From NCBI GenBank assembly GCA_964459245.1, contig CAYWMG010000070.1, forward strand, positions 1 to 31,264: a stretch of DNA of 31,264 nucleotides, in the 5' to 3' direction. This document shows, piece after piece, positions 25,833 through 31,264 of the stretch. The notes beneath the pieces are model-generated. The model had not been told where the DNA came from, searched no databases, and saw only the letters and a program-made list of their open reading frames with translations. A program made the translations under genes and the position numbers. The stretch is from an uncultured Candidatus Bathyarchaeia archaeon. GTDB lineage: Archaea > Thermoproteota > Bathyarchaeia > 40CM-2-53-6. Positions within the stretch are counted from its first letter, which is position 1, and every line of letters starts with the position of its first letter.

Positions 25833-26276
25833 TCAGGTGAGACGGAAGTCCTCTTTAATCGTTTGAAGCACTACTCGAGTGTTAGTCCGAGTAATAAAGG
25901 ACAGACCTAAAAGACCCTTAGTAAACTTGCTAAGCTCTTCGCGGTTGTGAAACTTTGCGATTACAATGGCGTCAGTGAGACCTGTAACATCATAGACAGC
26001 GCACGCGTTTGGAAGTTTACTTACAGCCTTTTCTATTTCTACCAGTTTGCCTCTGGAGACAGTTATCTCAGTAATAACCGTTAAGTCGTATCCAATCTTT
26101 TCATGGTCCACAATGGCCGAGTATCCTCTTATTACGCCAGCTTTCTCTAGCCGACGAACTCGGTTCAAGGCCGTACCGACAGATATTCTAGCATTCTTTG
26201 CGATTTGACGATAAGACATCCTACAGTCAGTCGTCAATTGGTGAAGAATTTTTAGGTCAACCTCATCAATCTTCAA
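25833..26276 (-). CDS. Lrp/AsnC family transcriptional regulator
   Basis: DEVDLKIL..L..DCRMSY..IA...S.GT..NRVRRLEKAGVI.GY, YDVTG.TD, TNT.VVL; divergent from glnA. Confidence 0.95.
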   Translation of the reverse strand: MKIDEVDLKILHQLTTDCRMSYRQIAKNARISVGTALNRVRRLEKAGVIRGYSAIVDHEKIGYDLTVITEITVSRGKLVEIEKAVSKLPNACAVYDVTGLTDAIVIAKFHNREELSKFTKGLLGLSFITRTNTRVVLQTIKEDFRLT

Positions 26277-26305
26277 TAGGTCACCCTAGGAAGTTGAGGA
26301 GTATC

Positions 26306-26328
26306 TGAATAAAAGTTCAATTTATTCA
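26306..26328. promoter_or_regulatory. Palindromic candidate operator between Lrp and glnA
   Basis: TGAATAAA-N7-TTTATTCA perfect inverted repeat. TATA-like TTATATAT at ~26368-26375 faces glnA. Confidence 0.55.
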
Positions 26329-26423
26329 CTTTTTCAACCACAAGCGTTCATTAATTCCGACGTAAATGTTATATATATTCAATGTATATGGGCGGGCTTC
26401 ATAGTTGGAGTGCGAGTGGAGAG

Positions 26424-27890
26424 ATGCCTTACATTCGAAATGCGGATGGTTCGTTCGCCAAAAGAAAACTAACCGTGAAGGATGTTTTAGCTCAAATTGC
26501 GCAGAAGAACATAAGGTTCGTTGATCTACAATTCGCGGATGTTCCTGGGAGAATGCAGCATGTCACTATCCCGTCAGAAATGATGAACGAGCATTCTTTC
26601 ACGGAGGGCGTTTCGAAACTGGATGGCTCCTCGATTCGAGGCTTCACCGAGATCTTCGAATCCGATATGATCCTGGCTCCGGACCCCTCAACCTTCGGAA
26701 TAATGTCATGGTCGGATGAGAACTTGAAATCCGCTAGACTCCTGTGTAACGTGCATATGGGCTTCGGTAAGCAAAGGTTCTCGAGAGATGCCAGATACGT
26801 CGCCGAGAAGGCAGTAGACGCTTTGAAGGCCGAAGGTTTCAGCAATTCCCTATGGGGTGCGGAAGTGGAATTTTTCGTCTTTGACAGCGTAACATGGGAT
26901 GTCAACAATCCATTCTCTTCCTCCTACAGAATCTCGTCAAGGGAGTCTGCGTTAGAGGCGAGGGGACTCAACTTTCCAATTCGTTTCAAGGAAGGGTACT
27001 ATCCCGCTTCACCCGTCGATTCGTTGATGGATTACAGAAGTGAATGCGTAAAATCACTCTGGGAAGGATTCGGGATTGTCTGTGATGCGCATCATCATGA
27101 AGTTGCGACGGCAGGACAATGCGAGATTGACATGTACCGGGATAGCCTTGTGGAAACAGCAGATAGCGTGCTCACATACAAGTACGTCACGAAGAATGTG
27201 GCATTCAAGAATGGCCTCATCGCCACAACGATGCCTAAACCCATATTCGGCGACAACGCGTCAGGGATGCATACTGCCTCGAGTCTCTGGAAGGGAGATA
27301 GAAATGCGTTTTATGACGCCAACGATGAATATGCTGAGCTGAGCCAGATTGGCAGATACTACGTTGGCGGCCTACTTGAACACAGTAGAGCCCTATGCGC
27401 CATAGTCACTCCTACTACTAACTCATACAGACGGCTTGTCCCAGGTTACGAGGCCCCAGTTTACGTGGCTTGGAGCAGAAGAAACCGATCCGCTAATGTT
27501 AGAATACCAGTGTACGAGAAGGGAAAAGAAGCGGAGGGTCCAAAACGGGCAGAATTCAGAACTCCAGACCCATCGTGCAATCCCTACCTTGCCTTTGCGG
27601 CGATAGCATGTGCCGGCCTAGATGGCATAAAGAAGAAGATTGACCCCGGCAATCCTGTTGATGAAGACATCTACAAACTAACCCCAGCAAAGAGGAAGGA
27701 ACTATCAGTAAGAGAACTCCCCGGCAGCGTAGCAGAATCAATCGAGAGTCTTCGCAGCGATTCAGAATTCCTCAAGGGAGTATTTACTCCTGATCTCATC
27801 GATAGAATAGTCGAGATAGGAACGGAAGGACACAAAATGATCTCAGCGCGTCCTCATCCATACGAGTTCTACCTCTACTTCGATCTGTGA
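26424..27890 (+). CDS. glnA: Glutamine synthetase type I
   Basis: RFVDLQF.D..GR.QHVT, DGSSIRGF, E.EFF, HHHEVA..GQCE, MPKP..GDN.SGMH, NSYRRLVPGYEAP, NRSA..RIP, R.EFR.PDP, P.EF.LYF. ATG 26424 (after GGAGAG) preferred over 26382. Confidence 0.97.
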   Translation: MPYIRNADGSFAKRKLTVKDVLAQIAQKNIRFVDLQFADVPGRMQHVTIPSEMMNEHSFTEGVSKLDGSSIRGFTEIFESDMILAPDPSTFGIMSWSDENLKSARLLCNVHMGFGKQRFSRDARYVAEKAVDALKAEGFSNSLWGAEVEFFVFDSVTWDVNNPFSSSYRISSRESALEARGLNFPIRFKEGYYPASPVDSLMDYRSECVKSLWEGFGIVCDAHHHEVATAGQCEIDMYRDSLVETADSVLTYKYVTKNVAFKNGLIATTMPKPIFGDNASGMHTASSLWKGDRNAFYDANDEYAELSQIGRYYVGGLLEHSRALCAIVTPTTNSYRRLVPGYEAPVYVAWSRRNRSANVRIPVYEKGKEAEGPKRAEFRTPDPSCNPYLAFAAIACAGLDGIKKKIDPGNPVDEDIYKLTPAKRKELSVRELPGSVAESIESLRSDSEFLKGVFTPDLIDRIVEIGTEGHKMISARPHPYEFYLYFDL

Positions 27891-27952
27891 TCCTACTACA
27901 ATCGACTATGCTACGCCCAATGCACGCCTCTAACTTACAATGGATAAGGAGT

Positions 27953-27987
27953 GAGAAAAGAAAGGGACGATGACGGAAATATCCGTC
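27953..27987 (-). terminator. Hairpin plus U-rich tract after the SWIB gene
   Basis: GACGGA-N4-TCCGTC (27972-27987), then CCCTTTCTTTTCTC on the minus strand, 6 nt after the stop codon. Confidence 0.5.
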
Positions 27988-27993
27988 TGAATA

Positions 27994-28242
27994 CTAAGTT
28001 GCTGCCACCGTAGCTGTTGCCGTATCTTTGCCGCACTTGTCACAGTAAGTAGCGAAACCGGGTATCTGTGCCTTACAATTTGGACAAGCCTTGAGCCTCA
28101 AACCCTTTGTGCGAATATACTGGTGCATTGATTTGGTGAGTTCAGTGTAACTCAAGAGAGCTCCCTTTGATTGTCCAGTTATCAATGCAAGCGTGTCGTC
28201 AGCAACAATCGACTTCTGTGTAAGCATACTCTCTCTTGCCAT
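27994..28242 (-). CDS. SWIB/MDM2-like mini-domain fused to a double zinc ribbon
   Basis: ADDTLALITG....LSYTELTKSMHQYIRTKGL resembles the SWIB core, followed by CPNC..CDKC. Strong SD GGAGGTGA at 28246-28253. Confidence 0.75.
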   Translation of the reverse strand: MARESMLTQKSIVADDTLALITGQSKGALLSYTELTKSMHQYIRTKGLRLKACPNCKAQIPGFATYCDKCGKDTATATVAAT

Positions 28243-28260
28243 AAAATCACCTCCATGGGT

Positions 28261-28335
28261 TTAGACGATCTGAGACAAAGCCTCGATCAGTCTAAGGGAA
28301 TTTGTCGGTTGGACACGCCAGCATGCTAACCCAAC
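28261..28335 (-). promoter_or_regulatory. Two stem-loops in the putative leader of the SWIB gene
   Basis: 13-bp stem with two single-nt bulges (28261-28295) and GUUGG..GCAUG-CUGG-CGUGU-CCAAC (28308-28335). TATA-like TTATAATA at ~28372-28379. Confidence 0.4.
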
Positions 28336-28581
28336 CTAAGCGTAGATTCGAAATTTCACACGTTCAAACACTTATTATAAGACCTTAGAAGCACAATCTG
28401 CTTAAATCTAGGGGCTTTCTGGATGAATAAGGGCTCAAATCGGCCTAAAATGAGCTCGCTCGCTCCTCTCCTCTTAAAGCATTTTAGAACATTTCACTCT
28501 AGGTATGTGGGAAACGCCGCTTCCCACCTCGTTGACCGTCTCCGGTGATCCGATTTGGGCATTGGACTGGACATCTATTAG

Positions 28582-28612
28582 CAAAATCCTTTTGGTACCC
28601 AAAATTTAAGTA
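28582..28612 (+). promoter_or_regulatory. BRE/TATA promoter overlapped by two palindromes
   Basis: CAAAA-TCC-TTTTG (28582-28594) and TTTTGG-TAC-CCAAAA (28590-28604), immediately followed by TTTAAGTA (28605-28612). Confidence 0.5.
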
Positions 28613-28673
28613 ATTACGGAACCTGCAAGACAGGCAACGGATATATACTCAATAGATAGGGATGGAGTTGTGA

Positions 28674-29213
28674 ATGAAAAGATCTCAGAGTAAGATGGCA
28701 GCGTACTTCCTCTATGCAGCGATGGTTCAAGGAGCGGCCGCCACAATCATAACATTCCTCGCAGCATTCGGCGATCAAATCAAACTATTACCCGTCTCAG
28801 CTTCACGAGTTATAGCAGGCGGCGAGGCTGGAAATTGGTTCACCGTAGGATACGTTATCTATCTCATCGTGGGCGTCGTCGCAATGGCAGTGACTTCCTT
28901 TTTCTACTTCTACATTGAGACGGTGGAAGGAAAGACCTACAAGGGCATCTCGAAGACGTTCGCTTGGGTACACCTCGTATTGGGAAACCTTGGCGTAGCC
29001 GGCGGAACATTTCTCGCCATGTGGGGCGGGTACTGGGGCGGAGCCTGGATGCAGCCTGCACAATTTGGAGGAAAAGGTTGGAACACGGGCCAAGTACACG
29101 TAAACGTACTTGGAGCGTTAACAGTGCCCATCGCCGCGTTCGTTACTCTTGCTTTGATCGGATTCGTCCTAGGCGGACTCGGGTACCTAATAGCTATGCG
29201 TTCGAAATCTTAA
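28674..29213 (+). CDS. Four-helix membrane protein with two conserved-looking His, function unknown
   Basis: Four hydrophobic segments; FAWVHL and GQVH motifs; SRVIAGGEAGNWFT.GY pattern I recall from Nitrososphaeria-type hypothetical membrane proteins; T-tract at 29232-29237. Confidence 0.75.
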   Translation: MKRSQSKMAAYFLYAAMVQGAAATIITFLAAFGDQIKLLPVSASRVIAGGEAGNWFTVGYVIYLIVGVVAMAVTSFFYFYIETVEGKTYKGISKTFAWVHLVLGNLGVAGGTFLAMWGGYWGGAWMQPAQFGGKGWNTGQVHVNVLGALTVPIAAFVTLALIGFVLGGLGYLIAMRSKS

Positions 29214-29290
29214 CAAAAACCCGAGCCTTCCTTTTTTGCCCATCTCAATCAGCGAATGCTATTTTAGATCCTGCCTCACGGTGCTTGACT

Positions 29291-29665
29291 ATGCCCTTTC
29301 GGTACGAACGAGCACCTGACGTATCAAACTCGATCTCTAGCATAATTGACAAATTGGGCCTCTCCCACATACCAAAGAACCGAGTCTATTGCTACCGAAG
29401 CTATGGCTCCAAAGCAAGGAATGTCATCGCAAGAATACACGCATTACCCAAGATTTGGCAGCAGGCATTGAGCGAACCTGCCTACTACGCCGTCGAAGTC
29501 CTGTCGGAACAGTATGATCCGCTACCTCTCGATGAGAAACAGAAGACACTCATTCACGAACTACTGCATATCCCCAACAGTTTTGGAGGAGGATTTCGAC
29601 ACCACAAGGACTGGGTCACGAGAAAGAGGGTGGAAGCACTGTACGTACGTCTCAAACAATCCTGA
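29291..29665 (+). CDS. Putative metallopeptidase (COG4900-like, HExxH)
   Basis: YERAPDV, RVYCYRSYGSKA..ARIHALPKIWQQAL..YAVEV.SE.YD, LIHELLHIP. ATG 29291; the ORF-track upstream extension is non-homologous. Confidence 0.85.
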   Translation: MPFRYERAPDVSNSISSIIDKLGLSHIPKNRVYCYRSYGSKARNVIARIHALPKIWQQALSEPAYYAVEVLSEQYDPLPLDEKQKTLIHELLHIPNSFGGGFRHHKDWVTRKRVEALYVRLKQS

Positions 29666-29679
29666 ATTACGCCGCTCGC

Positions 29680-31264
29680 CTAGGTCATTCGCATCCGTCG
29701 GCGATCTTGAGAAGAGCGCATTTTCATGCCGAAATAACCCCATCCCTTTCGCTTCATCAAGAACAAGGGCGCTAACAGGATTAGGGTCAAAACGACGGTT
29801 GTACCCGTCCGGAACCTGCCTGATCGCTCGTTGATTCACCACTAACACTGTAGCCTGGCTGCCTTGTGCAGGAGGCGACCCGACGATCAAACCATAACCA
29901 CTTGAGAGTAGGAAGATTGAGTTGAGGCTTGGGTTTCCAGTTAAGGGGGGCGTCGGCGTATACGAATACCAAGCCACCCCATCCCAATGAATGATCGTTC
30001 CAGAATCTCCTACAGCCCACGCCTCGGCAGCACTTACTTGAGTTACCGAGAAGAGGTTGGCCGTTGCAAAAGCAGACACTTTACTCCAGGAGGTTCCATC
30101 GAAATGTAAGATCGTGCCACTCGATCCTACGATCCAACCGTGGGTTGGGTCAAGAAAATACACCGACCGTAGGTCAGTACCAGTAGGACCTGCAACAGTC
30201 ACCCATTGTCCAGATTCTTGGTAGCGAAGAATCGTACCCCCATCTCCAACGATCCATCCATCCTTTTGTCCAAACATGAAGAGGCTTCGTAACGTCGTCG
30301 TGACTGGTGATGATACAATTGCCCAAGAACTTCCAGAAAAGTGGAGAATCCTACCCCCATCACCCACTGCCCAACCTTCCCCAGAATTCACCATGAACAC
30401 AGATCGAAGCACATAACCGCCTTGGGGAGCAGCTACTTCAGTCCAAGTTCCACCAGAATAATGTAATATCAACGGAGTCAATCCTAACCCGCCAACCGCC
30501 CATCCATCAGACGGACTAGTCAACGATACTGAGTACAAGTCCGAGGTTGGTCCCAGGACTGTTCCCAGCGTGAATGATAGCCCATTCCACTGTGCTGCCA
30601 ACGGTTGGCCTGTGCCAGTCCCACAACCACCAGTAGAACATCCCACAACCCAACCATTGTTCACAGTCAACAGGTAGACCGATTGCAAATTTGACGGTGG
30701 AATACCGGAAAATGGGGGTTGGCTCGTTAACGATATTATCGTCCCCACGTCTCCCACTGCCCATCCAACTCCTTCAGCGAAGGAAACCGAATTCAAATTC
30801 TGAGACGTGGCTAAGAGGTTCGCTGGTTGTAGACTCCACACTCCGTTCAGAAAGTGCAGCACCGCCCCTCCGGAACCAACTATCCATCCTTCAGAAGAAG
30901 TCAACATGAAGACAGACCTCAAGTCATTGTTTGAAGATGCAGGAGAGATAGGGCCGTTCCAACTACCGGATGCGTAATGGTAGATTACACCAGAATTTCC
31001 TACTGCCCAACCTTCATTCTGATTCAACATAAAGACGGAATTAAGAGTCGTCCCCACTTTCGAGTAAAGCGTCCAACTTCCACTCGTGAGATGGTAAATG
31101 ATTCCTCCTGTGCCAACCGCCCAACCGTCCGTAGGACTCGACATGAAGATTGAGTTTAATCCTCCTGTTGCAGTCGAAACTAAATTCCATCCACCCCCTA
31201 GTCTGGGCATCCCTGTCCAGTGGAAGATGGCTCCTGAAGCTGAATCCACCGCCCAAGCATCGGT
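29680..31264 (-). CDS. YCF48/BNR-type beta-propeller repeat surface protein, 5'-partial, with a +1 frameshift before a C-terminal membrane anchor
   Basis: Frame is open to the window end (TDAWAVD..). Eleven L.SV...GWAVG..G.I.H...W repeats plus one partial. After QVPD a +1 shift gives GTTVVLTLILLAPLFLMKRKG..* ending at 29680; the unshifted frame ends at 29561 inside the neighbouring gene. Confidence 0.85.

Noticed and set aside
28507-28527. GTGGGAA-N7-TTCCCAC hairpin as a CRISPR repeat or RNA gene
   Set aside because: Single copy, no spacer array, no cas genes, no tRNA features.
28964-29290. 109-codon N-terminal extension of the metallopeptidase ORF
   Set aside because: Overlaps the membrane protein gene in another frame and crosses its T-tract terminator; family homology starts at ATG 29291.
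29561-29679. Unshifted C-terminal tail of the beta-propeller ORF
   Set aside because: Non-repeat, overlaps the opposite-strand metallopeptidase by 105 bp; a clean TM anchor exists in the +1 frame.
347-31256. Numerous 60-140 aa antisense or nested ORFs in the track (e.g. 347-682, 14131-14469, 14980-15282, 26492-26908)
   Set aside because: Shadow ORFs of well-supported genes with no motifs of their own.
1-31264. tRNA, rRNA, CRISPR arrays and IS elements
   Set aside because: A visual scan found no T-loop/cloverleaf context outside CDSs, no regular repeat-spacer array and no transposase or integrase ORF. tRNAscan-SE and Infernal would be the decisive check.

Overview
Archaeal chromosomal window from a TACK/Thermoproteota-type organism. 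Bathyarchaeia is my best guess, inferred from gene order and protein style rather than from a marker search. The left ~17 kb is a mostly minus-strand information-processing gene run: srp54, rpl21e, rpoF, DUF655, [dinB], rsmA, trmJ; then rpl10e, dph2, METTL5-like, csl4, rpoL, RNase III-like, DUF99, tfs, pcn, priL; plus eIF5A-dhs and nadK-nob1. The right half is mixed: OGG-type glycosylase, PyrE-like/GfcR regulator, NSUN6-like methyltransferase, Nudix, an AmmeMemoRadiSam radical SAM enzyme, adk, pyk, DtxR, Lrp-glnA, a SWIB/zinc-ribbon mini-protein, a 4-TM di-His membrane protein, a metallopeptidase and a beta-propeller surface protein. I found no rRNA, tRNA, CRISPR array or transposase. The main observations missed by the ORF track are: (1) a 215-aa intein inserted inside the CxxxCxxC motif of the radical SAM enzyme, carrying a DUF559-like endonuclease remnant; (2) an inverted degenerate copy of that gene family's N-terminus just downstream; (3) a hairpin-rich 172-bp spacer between rpoF and DUF655, plus structured leaders for pyk and the SWIB gene; (4) eIF5A apparently starting at CTG; (5) a PAC2/Hsp20 chimeric scar; and (6) a +1 frameshift separating the beta-propeller from its membrane anchor. 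All family assignments come from motif recognition by eye, not database searches.
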